The notes below the pieces were generated by a model. The model was given only the letters and a program-made list of their open reading frames with translations, was not told where the DNA came from and ran no database searches. Shown here in pieces: positions 9,331-23,821 of a DNA stretch of 64,000 nt (positions are counted from its first letter, which is position 1; each line of letters starts with the position of its first letter). Source of the DNA: Dendrobates tinctorius (taxonomy: Eukaryota); the NCBI RefSeq assembly GCF_039654945.1, contig NW_027361697.1, positions 55,366,001 through 55,430,000 of the forward strand, read 5' to 3'. The position numbers were made by a program, and so were the translations under genes.

Positions 9331-10373
9331 ACAGCTCCTGGCACACTCTTGGACAAATGGTGGTACCATTGGTTCCACCACCCATTATAATTCCATTTTT
9401 TCATCAGCTGCATATTATTCACATAATTATCGATTCTGCCATATTCATAATTCCATGAGCTTTCCTTCTGGGTTTTGAAATTTCAAATGTTGAGTGTAAA
9501 TATGTCCAAATGTGACATTGACAACAATAGTTGCTGTCCATACAGGGGTTATAGTAACTAAATGTAACAAACTGCAAACAACTATTGTGCCAGAAATAGG
9601 AATAATGTTTGCATTATGATGTTATAGTTTGGCTTTCCTTTGTCTGTATTGTAAGCTGTAGCTTCTGGGTTTTCTCGCCGAACTGATCAAGTGAAGTCAG
9701 GACCTGGAATCCACAGGGAAATCCACAGAGTAAATCTATACAGACAGTCTGATGCTTGCTATGTGCAGCAGACTGGAGAAGGCCATTATCTGCACATACT
9801 GATATGGAAGCACAATCAGCTGGTGGGAGCGAAATGAAAACCTGCTACATTGTGTAGCTATACAGCGAAGGCCGATTCACACCTGAGGTCCTAAACGGGA
9901 CAAAAAGAATTTATGTGAAAACCAGAAACGATGCACAACTCATGGAGATGGAAGCAGACGTGCACCACTTATTATTGCGCCCAATTCTGTGTGGGGGCTG
10001 GCCGCCTGAATGTGTCACGTTATAAATGGGGGAAACTAAATCTCTGCTGGAACAGATGTCGCTGACCGCTCCTGCCAGTGATTCAGCGGCCTCCGCTGAC
10101 GTCACATGGAAAGAGGTGGCTTCACATGCACTCTGCTCTATTGACGGGGCATGACTGTAGACATCATGCTGATTGACAGTCGGCTCCCTACTAACTGTGG
10201 GGAACCAGCTGTCAGTAATGTCGGCAAGTCATGCCCAGTTGACAGTAGACTGGAAGAAGAAGAGATGCTCAGTTGACGTGGTGGAGCAGCTGAATCGCTG
10301 GCAGAAGTGCTCGGTGATCACTCTTGAGCCGATGCCAGATCAAATTATTATAATATGCATAGTATAATTTTTT

Positions 10374-13336
<2,963 letters not shown>

Positions 13337-13505
13337 ATCGGCTCAAGAGTGATCGCCGACCACTTCTGCCAGCGATTCAGCTGCTCCTGGACGTCAACTG
13401 AGCAGCTCTTCTTCCAGTCTACTCTGTCAACTGGGCATGACTGCCAACATTACTGACAGCTGGTTCTATCTATCTATCGATAGATAGAGATTATATATAT
13501 ATATA

Positions 13506-14995
13506 ATCAAACTGTCCCACTTAGGAAGCAACACTGATTGACAATCAATTTCACATGCTGTTGTGCAATTGGAATAGACAACAGATGGAAATTATTGGCA
13601 ATTATCAAGACACCCTCAATAAAGGAGTGGTTCTGCAGGTGGGGACCACAGGCTACATCTCAGTACCAATGCTTTCTGGTTGATGTTTTGGTCACTTTTG
13701 AATGTTGGTTGTGCTTTCACACTCGTGGTAGCTCAGCTACTCACGCAAGTTGCTCAGGTAGCACAGCTCATCCAGAATGGCACATCAATGCAAGCTGTGG
13801 CAAGAAGTTTGTGGTGTCTGTCAGCGCAGTGTCCAGAGGCTGGAGGCACTACCAGGAGACAGGCCAGTACACCAGGAGACGTGGAGGGGGCCGTAGGAGG
13901 GCAATAACCCAGCAGCAGGGCCGCTACCTCAGCCTTTGTGCAAAGAGGAACAGGAGGAGAACTGCCAGAGCTCTGCAAAATGACTTCCAGCAGGCCACAA
14001 ATGTGCATGTGTCTGCCCAAACGGTTAGAAACTGACTCCATGAGGATGGTCTTAGTGCCCAACGTCCACAGATGGGGGTTGTGCTCATAGCCCAACACTG
14101 TGCAGGACGCTTGGCATTTGCCACAGAACACCAGGATTGGCAAATTTGCCACTGGCGCCCCTGTGCTCTTCACAGATGAAAGCAGGTTCACACTGAGCAG
14201 ATGTGACAGAGTCTAGAGATGTCGTGGAGAGTGATCTGCTGCCTGCAACAACCTTCAGCATGACCGGTTTGGCAATGGATCAGTAATGGTGTGGGGTGGC
14301 ATTTCTTTGGAGGGCTGCACGGTGTTGGGCTGTGAATACAACCCCCATCTCTGGACGTCAGGCACTCATATCATCCTCATGGAGTAGGTTTCTAACTGTT
14401 TGTGCAGACACATGCACATTTGTGGCCTGTTGGAGGTCATTTTACAGGGCTCTGGCAGTGCTCCTCCTGTTCCTCCTTGCACAAAGGCGGAGGTAGCGGT
14501 CCTGCTGCTAGGTTGTTGCCCTCCTACAGCCCCCTCCACGTCTCATGGTGTACTGGCCTGTCTCCTGGTAGCGCCTCCAGCCTCTGGACACTACGCTGAC
14601 AGACAGCAAACCTTCTTGCCACAGCTTGCATTGATGTGCCATCCTGGATGAGCTGCACTACCTGAGCCACTTGTGTGGCTTGTAGACTCCATCTCATGCT
14701 ACCACGAGTGTGAAAGAACAACCAACATTCAAAAGTGACCAAAACATCGGCCAGAAAGAATTGGTACTGAGATGTGGTCTGTGGTCCCCACCTGCAGAAC
14801 CACTCCTTTATTGAGGGTGTCTTGATAATTGCCTATAATTTCCATCTGTTGTCTATTCCATTTGCACAACAGCATGTGAAATTGATTGTCAATCAGTGTT
14901 GCTTCCTAAGTGGAAAGGTTGATTTCACAGAAGTTTGATTTACTTGAAGTTATATTCTGCTCTTTAAGTGTTCCCTTTATTTTTTTAGAGCAGTG
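13506..14995. mobile_element. Fold-back Tc1 derivative made of two inverted 5' halves
   Basis: 13506-14106 is the reverse complement of about 14315-14922; both arms encode the same decayed transposase N-terminus; intact CACTGCTC terminus only at 14995. Confidence 0.88.
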
Positions 14996-15011
14996 TGTAT
15001 ATTATATATGT

Positions 15012-15048
<37 letters not shown>

Positions 15049-15051
15049 ATA

Positions 15052-16652
15052 CAGTGGGGCAAAAAAGTATTTAGTCAGTCAGCAATAGTGCAAGTTCCAC
15101 CACTTAAAAAGATGAGAGGCGTCTGTAATTTACATCATAGGTAGACCTCAACTATGGGAGACAAACTGAGAAAAAAAAATCCAGAAAATCACATTGTCTG
15201 TTTTTTTTTCATTTGATTTGCATATTATGGTGGAAAATAAGTATTTGGTCAGAAACAAGCAATCAAGATTTCTGGCTCTCACAGACCTGTACTTCTTCTT
15301 TAAGAGTCTCCTCTTTCCTCCACTCATTACCTGTAGTAATGGCACCTGTTTAAACTTGTTATCAGTATAAAAAGACACCTGTGCACACCCTCAAACAGTC
15401 TGACTCCAAACTCCACTATGGTGAAGACCAAAGAGCTGTCAAAGGACACCAGAAACAAAATTGTAGCCCTGCACCAGGCTGGGAAGTCTGAATCTGCAAT
15501 AGCCAACCAGCTTGGAGTGAAGAAATCAACTGTGGGAGCAATAATTAGAAAATGGAAGACATACAAGACCACTGAATCTCCCTCGATCTGGTGCTCCACG
15601 CAAAATCCCACCCCGTGGGGTCAGAATGATCACAAGAACGGTGAGCAAAAATCCCAGAACCACGCGGGGGGACCTAGTGAATGAACTGCAGAGAGCTGGG
15701 ACCAATGTAACAAGGCCTACCATAAGTAACACACTACGCCACCATCGACTCAGATCCTGCAGTGCCAGACGTGTCCCACTGCTTAAGCCTGTACATGTCC
15801 GGGCCCGTCTGAAGTTTGCTAGAGAGCATTTGGATGATCCAGAGGAGTTTTGGGAGAATGTCCTATGGTCTGATGAAACCAAACTGGAACTGTTTGGTAG
15901 AAACACAACTTGTCGTGTTTGGAGGAAAAAGAATACTGAGTTGCATCCATCAAACACCATACCTACTGTAAAGCATGGTGGTGGAAACATCATGCTTTGG
16001 GGCTGTTTCTCTGCAAAGGGGCCAGGACGACTGATCCTGGTACATGAAAGAATGAATGGGGCCATGTATCGTGAGATTTTGAGTGCAAACCTCCTTCCAT
16101 CAGCAAGGGCATTGATGATGAAACATGGCTGGGTCTTTCAACATGACAATGATCCAAAGCACACCGCCAGGGCAACGAAGGAGTGGCTTTGTAAGAAGCA
16201 TTTCAAGGTCCTGGAGTGGCCTAGCCAGTCTCCAGATCTCAACCCTATAGAAAACCTTTGGAGGGAGTTGAAAGTCCGTGTTGCCAAGCGAAAAGCCAAA
16301 AACATCACTGCTCTAGAGGAGATCTGCATGGAGGAATGGGCCAACATACCAACAACAGTGTGTGGCAACCTTGTGAAGACTTACAGAAAACGTTTGACCT
16401 CTGTCATTGCCAACAAAGGATATATCACAAAGTATTGAGATGAAATTTTGTTTCTGACCAAATACTTATTTTCCACCATAATATGCAAATCAAATGAAAA
16501 AAAAACAGACAATGATTTTCTGGATTTTTTTTTCTCAGTTTGTCTCCCATAGTTGAGGTCTACCTATGACGTAAATTACAGACGCCTCTCATCTTTTTAA
16601 GTGGTGGAACTTGCACTATTGCTGACTGACTAAATACTTTTTTGCCCCACTG
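15052..16652 (+). mobile_element. Tc1 (DD34E) transposon, transposase 15418-16438 with one frameshift near 15575
   Basis: CAGTGGGGCAAAAAAAG...TTTTTTGCCCCACTG about 200-bp TIRs, TA flanks; MVKTKELSKDTR..., [22 protein letters not shown]. Confidence 0.95.
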
Positions 16653-16686
16653 TATATATACACACATATACACACACACATACACA

Positions 16687-16754
16687 CTAGCTGAAGAGCC
16701 CGGCGCTGCCCGGGCATAGTAACTAACTACGGTTAGTTATAACAAATTATAATG

Positions 16755-16760
<6 letters not shown>
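16687..16760 (-). mobile_element. Helitron-like 3' terminus
   Basis: Minus strand ends GCCCGG-GCAGCG-CCGGGC hairpin, short spacer, CTAG followed by T; same sequence family as 23745-23821. Confidence 0.65.
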
Positions 16761-16804
<44 letters not shown>

Positions 16805-16807
<3 letters not shown>

Positions 16808-18379
16808 TGCCTACAAGTAGTATTCAACCCCCTGCAGATTTAGCAGGTTTACACATTCGGAATTAACTTGGCATTGTGACATTTGGACTGTAGATCAGCC
16901 TGGAAGTGTGAAATGCACTGCAGCAAAAAAGAATGTTATTTCTTTGTTTAATTTTTTTTTAAATTGTGAAAAGTTTATTCAGAGGGTCATTTATTATTCA
17001 ACCCCTCAAACCACCAGAATTCTGTTTGGTTCCCCTAAAGTATTAAGAAGTATTTCAGGCACAAAGAACAATGAGCTTCACATGTTTGGATTAATTATCT
17101 CTTTTTCCAGCCTTTTCTGACTATTTAAGACCCTCCCCAAACTTGTGAACAGCACTCATACATGGTCAACATGGGAAAGACAAAGGAGCATTCCAAGGCC
17201 ATCAGAGACAAGATCGTGGAGGGTCACAAGGCTGGCAAGGGGTACAAAACCCTTTCCAAGGAGTTGGGCCTACCTGTCTCCACTGTTGGGAGCATCATCC
17301 GGAAGTGGAAGGCTTATGGAACTACTGTTAGCCTTCCACGGCCTGGACAGCCTTTGAAAGTTTCCTCCCGTGCCGAGGCCAGGCTTGTCCGAAGAGTCAA
17401 GGCTAACCCAAGGACAACAAGGAAGGAGCTCCGGGAAGATCTCATGGCTGTGGGGACATTGGTTTCAGTCAATACCATAAGTAACGTACTCCACCGCAAT
17501 GGTCTCCGTTCCAGACGAGCCCGTAAGGTACCTTTACTTTCAAAGCGTCATGTCAAGGCTCGTCTACAGTTTGCTCATGATCACTTGGAGGACTCTGAGA
17601 CAGACTGGTTCAAGGTTCTCTGGTCTGATGAGACCAAGATCGAGATCTTTGGTGCCAACCACACACGTGACGTTTGGATGGATGGCACTGCATACGACCC
17701 CAAGAATACCATCCCTACAGTCAAGCATGATGGTGGCAGCATCATGCTGTGGGGCTGTTTCTCAGCCAAGGGGCCTGGCCATCTGGTCCGCATCCATGGG
17801 AAGATGGATAGCACGGTCTACCTGGAGATTTTGGCCAAGAACCTCCGCTCCTCTATCAAGGATCTTAAGATGGGTCGTCATTTCATCTTTCAACAAGACA
17901 ACGACCCAAAGCACACAGCCAAGAAAACCAAGGCCTGGTTCAAGAGGCAAAAAATCAAGGTGTTGGAGTGGCCTAGTCAGTCTCCTGACCTTAACCCAAT
18001 TGAAAACTTGTGGAAGGAGCTCAAGATTAAAGTTCACATGAGACACCCAAAGAACCTAGATAACTTGGAGAAGATCTGCATGGAGGAGTGGGCCAAGATA
18101 ACTCCAGAGACCTGTGCCGGCCTGATCAGGTCTTATAAAAGACGATTATTAGCTGTAATTGCAAACAAGGGTTATTCAACAAAATATTAAACTTAGGGGT
18201 TGAATAATAATTGACCCACACTTGTATGTTTAAGATTTATTAAAATTTAACTGAGCAACATAACTTTTTGGTTTGTAAGATTTATGCATCTGTTAATAAA
18301 TCCTGCTCTTGTGTGAAGTTTGAAGGCTCTAACTTATTTGCATCTTATCAAACCTGCTAAATCTGCAGGGGGTTGAATA
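16805..18379 (+). mobile_element. Tc1 transposon, right TIR runs into the assembly gap
   Basis: CAGTGCCTACAAGTAGTATTCAACCCCCTGCAGATTTAGCAGGTTT left end; its reverse complement reappears at 18350-18379. Confidence 0.93.
17171..18190 (+). CDS. Tc1 transposase, uninterrupted ORF, DD34E
   Basis: MGKTKEHSKAIRD paired-like HTH; WSDETK; QQDNDPKH followed by E exactly 34 residues after the D (NPIE). Confidence 0.92.
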   Translation: MGKTKEHSKAIRDKIVEGHKAGKGYKTLSKELGLPVSTVGSIIRKWKAYGTTVSLPRPGQPLKVSSRAEARLVRRVKANPRTTRKELREDLMAVGTLVSVNTISNVLHRNGLRSRRARKVPLLSKRHVKARLQFAHDHLEDSETDWFKVLWSDETKIEIFGANHTRDVWMDGTAYDPKNTIPTVKHDGGSIMLWGCFSAKGPGHLVRIHGKMDSTVYLEILAKNLRSSIKDLKMGRHFIFQQDNDPKHTAKKTKAWFKRQKIKVLEWPSQSPDLNPIENLWKELKIKVHMRHPKNLDNLEKICMEEWAKITPETCAGLIRSYKRRLLAVIANKGYSTKY

Positions 18380-18529
18380 NNNNNNNNNNNNNNNNNNNNN
18401 NNNNNNNNNNNNNNNNNNNNNNNNNNNNNNNNNNNNNNNNNNNNNNNNNNNNNNNNNNNNNNNNNNNNNNNNNNNNNNNNNNNNNNNNNNNNNNNNNNNN
18501 NNNNNNNNNNNNNNNNNNNNNNNNNNNNN
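18380..18529. other. Assembly gap (150 N)
   Basis: Run of N. Confidence 1.
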
Positions 18530-18607
18530 CGGGGCTCTACACTCAGCTTATATATATATAAAGCTGAGTGTAGAGCCCCGCCCATTCTGCATAACCACAT
18601 TCACTAT

Positions 18608-18960
18608 AATATCACACATCATCCCGTCAGTCAGAGCCACCGGACTACTACCCCTAATATCCCCCATCATCCTGTCAGCCAGAGCCAACGGACAACTACC
18701 ACTAATATCCCACATCATCCCGACAGCCAGAGCCACCGGACTACTACCTCTAATATCCAACATCATTCCTTCAGCCAGAGCCACCGGACAACTACCACTA
18801 ATATCCCACATCCCGTCAGCCAGAGCCACCGGACTACTACCCCTAATATCCAACATCATTCCTTCAGCCAGAGCCACCGGACAACTACCACAAATATCCC
18901 ACATCCCGTCAGCCAGAGCCACCGGACTACTACCCCCAATATCCCACATCATCCTGTCAG
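18608..18960. repeat. Minisatellite, 45-48-bp unit, about 7 copies
   Basis: TAATATCCCACATCATCCCGTCAGCCAGAGCCACCGGACTACTACCCC repeats. Confidence 0.92.
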
Positions 18961-19650
18961 TCTGGGGTCAGAACCAGAGCGCTAAGTGGAACGTTCCTAA
19001 CTTCCATACCTTTAAGAGAGGCCTTGTGTCAGAACCAGAGCACTGAGTGGATTTGCCCTGACTTCCATGCCAATGATCCCTTTAATAGAAGCCTGGGGTG
19101 AGAATCAGAGCGCTGAGGGATTTACCATAACTTCCATACAGGAGATCCCTTTACGAAGAGGCCTGGGGTCAGTACCAAAGTGCAGAGTGGATTTGTCCTC
19201 ACTTCCATACCGGGGATCCCTTTAAGAGGGGCCTTGGGTCAGAACCAGAGCGCTGAGTGGATTTCCACTGACTTGCATACGAATGATTCCTTTAATAGAA
19301 CACTGGGGTCAGAATCAGAGCGCTGAGGGATTTGCCCTAACTTCCATACAGGAGATCCCTTTAAGAGAGCCTGGAGTCAGTACCAGAGAATTTGAAGGCA
19401 ATTATCCTGACTTCCATTCTGGAGATCCATTTAAGAAAGGCCTGGGGTCAGTACCAAAGCGCAGAGTAGATTTGCCCTAAATTCCATACCAATGATCCCT
19501 TTAAGAGAAACTGGGGTCAGAACCACAGAGCTGAGTGGAACGGTCCTAACTTCCATACCGGAGATCCCTTTAAGAGGGTCCTGGGGTCAAGACCAAAGCG
19601 CTGGATGAATTTGCTTTGACTTCCATACCAATGATCCCTTTAAGAGGGAA
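18961..19650. repeat. Minisatellite, about 70-bp unit, about 10 copies
   Basis: CTGGGGTCAGAACCAGAGCGCTGAGTGGATTTGCCCTGACTTCCATACC...GATCCCTTTAAGAG repeats. Confidence 0.9.
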
Positions 19651-20778
19651 GATGTGCCTATATGATGGAGGATGTGTGATATGTAAATGGTTACAGGAGG
19701 GGGGGGGATTCATTTCTGTCATGTGCTCTCTGCTCCTTTTTGGGGGGCAGACAATGGCTGGGAGCTTATGTTTCCAGGGATGCTAGATTTCTCCTACCAT
19801 GTCAGAGTCTGCTGAGGTGTTGTCAAGTGGGAAAACTTGCTCATACCAACCAATCATAGCTCGGCTTCTTTTAACCAGCTCTGTTGAAATGAAAGATGCT
19901 TCGTGATTGGTTGGTGATACACACACACATTCAGTATATATAATTATTTATATAGCACCATTGATTCCATGGTGCTGTACATAAGAAGGGGGTTACATAC
20001 AAATTACAGATATCACTTACAGTAAACAAACTTACAATCACAGACTGATACAGAGGGGAGAGGACAGTGCCCTTTTGGGCTTACATGCTACAGCATGGTG
20101 GGGAAGGAGACAGTAGGTTGGGGGGGGTTGCAGCATTTCCATGTTGGTTGAGGTGATATCTCCAGTAGTGGTGAGGAGGTAGTGGGGTCATTACAGGCTG
20201 TAGGCTTTCTTGAAGAGGTGGGTTTTTAGATTCCGTCTGAAGGATCCGAATGTGGTTGATAGTCGGACATGGTGGGGCAAAGAATTCCAGAGGATGGGGG
20301 CTATTCGGGAGAAGTCTTGGAGGCGGTTGGGTGAGGAGCAAATAAGTGTGGAGGACAGAAGGAGGTCTTGGGAGGATCAGAGATTACGTGAGGGAAGGTA
20401 TCGGGAGATTAGTTCAGAGACAGGTTATAGATGGCTTTGTAGGTCAGTATTAGTTATTTGAACTGGATACGCTGAAGGAATGGAAGCCAGTGAAGAGATT
20501 TGCTGAGGGGAGAAGCGGAGGAGTAGCGAGGAGAGAGATGGATTTGTCGGACAGCCGAGTTAAGGATGGACTGGAGAGGTGCGAGGGTGTTAGCAGGGAG
20601 ACCACAGAAAAGGATGTTAAAAACATATGTGACATGCACAAGTGTGAACAAGTCAGTAAGACAATGCTCACACCACCCAATGGCTGAAACACAACAAAAG
20701 AACACAAAATGACAAATTTGCAAAAATACTCTGCAGTAAAAACATGACAATAATCAGCAAGTGCTGTATAACAAATAC

Positions 20779-20859
20779 AGGGCATTTAGTCGATACGTTT
20801 TTTGCAAAAAATGTATACCAAGCCGCTTCACCACGTCACGGTAACCCTTCACGAAGCAG
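20779..20859 (-). ncRNA. Putative HDV-like self-cleaving ribozyme (A1)
   Basis: P1 CTGCTTC/GAAGCGG, P2 AGGGTT/ATGCCCT (one bulge), P3 ACC/GGT, L3 GTGACGT, P4 ATAC-A-T6-GC-A6-C-GTAT, J4/2 A-C-T-A-A. Confidence 0.62.
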
Positions 20860-21192
20860 TCCCTATCTAATGTATTTAAAACCTGAACATGTGAACAGTG
20901 TCTAAATGAACAGGATACAGACAGGCGCCTCCTAGTATATGGGCTTGTGGTGTAAGACAGCTCATTTATGTGCATGTCACACAGGAGAGGGGTGCGGTCT
21001 CCCAAACCATGCTTAGCAAGGAAAAACGGATTAAAAACATATGTGACATGCACAAGTGTGAACAAGTCAGTAAGACAATGCTCACACCACACAATGGCTG
21101 AAACACAACAAAAGAACACAAAATGACAAATTTGCAAAAATACTCTGCAGTAAAAACATGACAGTAATCAGCAAGTGCTGTATAACAAATAC

Positions 21193-21273
21193 AGGGCATT
21201 TAGTCAATACGTTTTTTGCAAAAAATGTATACCAAGCCGCTTCACCACGTCACGGTAACCCTTCACGAAGCAG
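21193..21273 (-). ncRNA. Putative HDV-like self-cleaving ribozyme (A2)
   Basis: Near-identical tandem copy of A1. Confidence 0.62.
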
Positions 21274-22728
21274 TCCCTATCCGTGACGTGGTGAAGCGGC
21301 TTGGTATACATTTTTTGCAAAAAACGTATAGACTAAATGCCCTGTATTTGTTATACAGCACTTGCTGATTACTGGACGTGCAGCTCCAGGAGTTTGGAAA
21401 CGAATGGGAGCAGCAATATTCGGCGATAGCTGGACATAGCGGTTGGGTCGAGGGTTGGCTTTTTAAGGATAGGCGTGATTGTATATATGTTTTATAACAT
21501 AACAAAAGTGAGTGCTTCATTGCTGTCAGGAGTTCTATAGTCATTGTATAAAACATAATTTTATGGAGTCATACAGCCAGGGAGGAGGAGAGTAGATGAG
21601 CCCATGGTGTATTTGGAGACCGTGTTTATTTAAAGGTGTGTGCGGCATGACAGTGCTTGCAGGCACAGATGACGTGTTCTGAGATCGGGGAACTGAACAT
21701 AGATAATATCCTGGCAGACTATGTGATAATGGGATAGTTCATTATTATGTAGTGCAGCACATATACTATTCTATATGGTAACCTCTATGCAGTATTTGGC
21801 CCTTTAGGCTGTGTTCACATGTTGCAGCCACATAAATATCATGTTTTGCTTTTGATAAGTGCTAAAAGCAGCTTCATCATTAATACAATGTACATCCATT
21901 GCGCTGCAAAATCAAGTTATTTGCTATCCCTTTGCAGATCGCTTGGGATCCAACTGCTGGATCTCTCAGCGATCTTGAAATTGGTGTACTGAAATCCTGT
22001 GAGCTCTGCGGTCCAATCCTGAATGAAGCAGAGATACACAGGCATGACCTCCGCTCCATTCACTGCCTATGAGACTGTACTCCGCAGCCCCACAGATAAT
22101 GGATGGACCTGAATGCACACCTCTGCGCCATTTAGCAAGAGACCAGTCAATCACCTGGAGCTGCAATCGTGTAGTCAGACTCTGGTTCATGCTGCCCGTG
22201 ACTTGGGCCACCTGAATCAGCCAACAGGTTCCCTTTAAAGCACAATAGCCATCATTTATCAAGTGTAGCAGTTTGTATGCCATTCCAGATGACGTGTGTA
22301 CTGGAGTAAAATGCACCAAATTTATAAAGAAAAGTGAGCCCCTTAATTAATTTTGAGTATATTTTAGCTGCCATGCACCACCGCAAGAAATGTATGTGTG
22401 TGTCAGAAATTATGATGAATTTGTCAAGTATGCTCAGTCACGCCCCATTTTCCCACTTTTCGAAAAGTCAGTGATGTGGCCGAAACTGGTATTAAAATGT
22501 AAAAATGTTGCAATATTTTTGAGCAACTATGAGTTTCAGAAAAAAATTTACAAAATTTCAAGTAGTTTAACTCCAGGAAACTGGAAAAACTGATGAATCG
22601 GGTTTGATGAATATTACTATAGTAATAAGTAACACTGTATAGAAAGTTACTGTGTGCAGACGGCGACAACACTCTGAAATGATACCATGATCGTGGTGAT
22701 CATCAAAGTATCTTTGCATGCAAATAAA

Positions 22729-22749
22729 TCTAATATATAAAGCTCAATG

Positions 22750-22814
<65 letters not shown>

Positions 22815-23821
22815 ATATATGTTTGTGTGTGTGTATGTCCGGGATTGGCATCCGCACCGTTGCAGTTACAGCCACAAAATTTTGCACAGTCACACGTCTG
22901 GACCCCGAGAGCGTCATAGGCTATGTTGTGAGGCAAAATTTTAACCCCGCGCATTCTAATTCACCAAACAATTTTGCCCCTATTTACATAATGGGGAAAA
23001 AGTGAAAGGAAAAGTGTTGGAGGCAAATTGGCAGCTGCCAGATGTGAACAAGGGGGGACTTAAAGAATGAGAGCGATGGCGCCAAAGAGTATATACCGTA
23101 CAGTTGCTAAGGTGGGGCCCTGACATGAGATACTCACCACACACGGGATATGAGCACACACACACAAAATGCGCCACACACTACCATGTGCTTCAACACA
23201 TATACCACCCTCAGCACACATTTCACCACACATACACCAACCTCGCCACATAAAAGTCGAAACACAAAAGTTGCCACTCAAAACTCATCACGCTGTCCCA
23301 GAGCTGTTTAAAAGATGAAAAATGAGCTGTGATTGGTTGCTATCAGCAACAGTTTTCTTTGTAGACAGTTGTGGTAACTGAGGCCTATTATTCTTATCAT
23401 TTCTATGGTGTTATCGTCCTTCTGTAAAGCTGGAAATAACACAATTTATTACCGTGCCAACACAGACCACCCTCTGACACAGACTGCAGGGTGAGCCCAG
23501 TATCACACAGGACAGGATTAGATACACAGCTCAGCAGTCAGTATCACACAGAATAGGATTAGATACACGGCTCACTAGTCAGTATCACACAGGATAGGAT
23601 TAGATACACAGCTCAGCAGACAGTATCACACAGAATAGGATTAGATACACGGCTCAGCAGACAGTATCACACAGAATAGGATTAGATACACGGCTCAGCA
23701 GTCAGTATCATACAGGATAGGATTAGATGCACAGTTTTTATGTGCAATATAATCATTATAATTTGTTATAACTATCCACAGTTGGTTACTATACCCAGGC
23801 AACGCCGTGCTCATCAGCTAG
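22729..23821 (+). mobile_element. Non-autonomous Helitron-like element (possibly composite)
   Basis: A|TC start, (GT)n near the 5' end, subterminal hairpin and CTAG|T end; no TSD. Confidence 0.65.
23498..23735. repeat. Minisatellite, about 41-bp unit, about 6 copies
   Basis: CAGTATCACACAGAATAGGATTAGATACACGGCTCAGCAGT repeats. Confidence 0.92.

Larger units (their letters stand above)
20617..21374 (-). repeat. Non-coding 414-bp tandem repeat (1.6 units) plus inverted partial copy (locus A)
   Basis: 20617-20867 repeated at 21031-21281 (offset 414); 21281-21374 is an inverted fragment. Confidence 0.93.
19941..21480 (-). mobile_element. Decayed L2-clade LINE (pieces 19941-20616 and 21375-21480) split by the ribozyme-bearing repeat
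   Basis: ITPILKKPTLDP...SYR...VSKLLE (21375-21480) and GLP...LQSILNSA...LHWLP...RIQFK (20454-20616); 3' stem-loop AGCACCAT-GGAATCA-ATGGTGCT near 19950-19980. Confidence 0.8.

Noticed and set aside
18530-18580. Palindrome CGGGGCTCTACACTCAGCTT-(AT)n-AAGCTGAGTGTAGAGCCCCG
   Set aside because: It abuts the assembly gap at an (AT)n tract and may be a contig-end artefact; cannot be judged without reads.
18548-19650. Repetitive ORF (MMWDIGGSSPVALADG)n and CRISPR-like periodicity
   Set aside because: Head-to-tail minisatellites with no unique spacers and no cas genes; the ORF is a by-product of unit lengths divisible by three.
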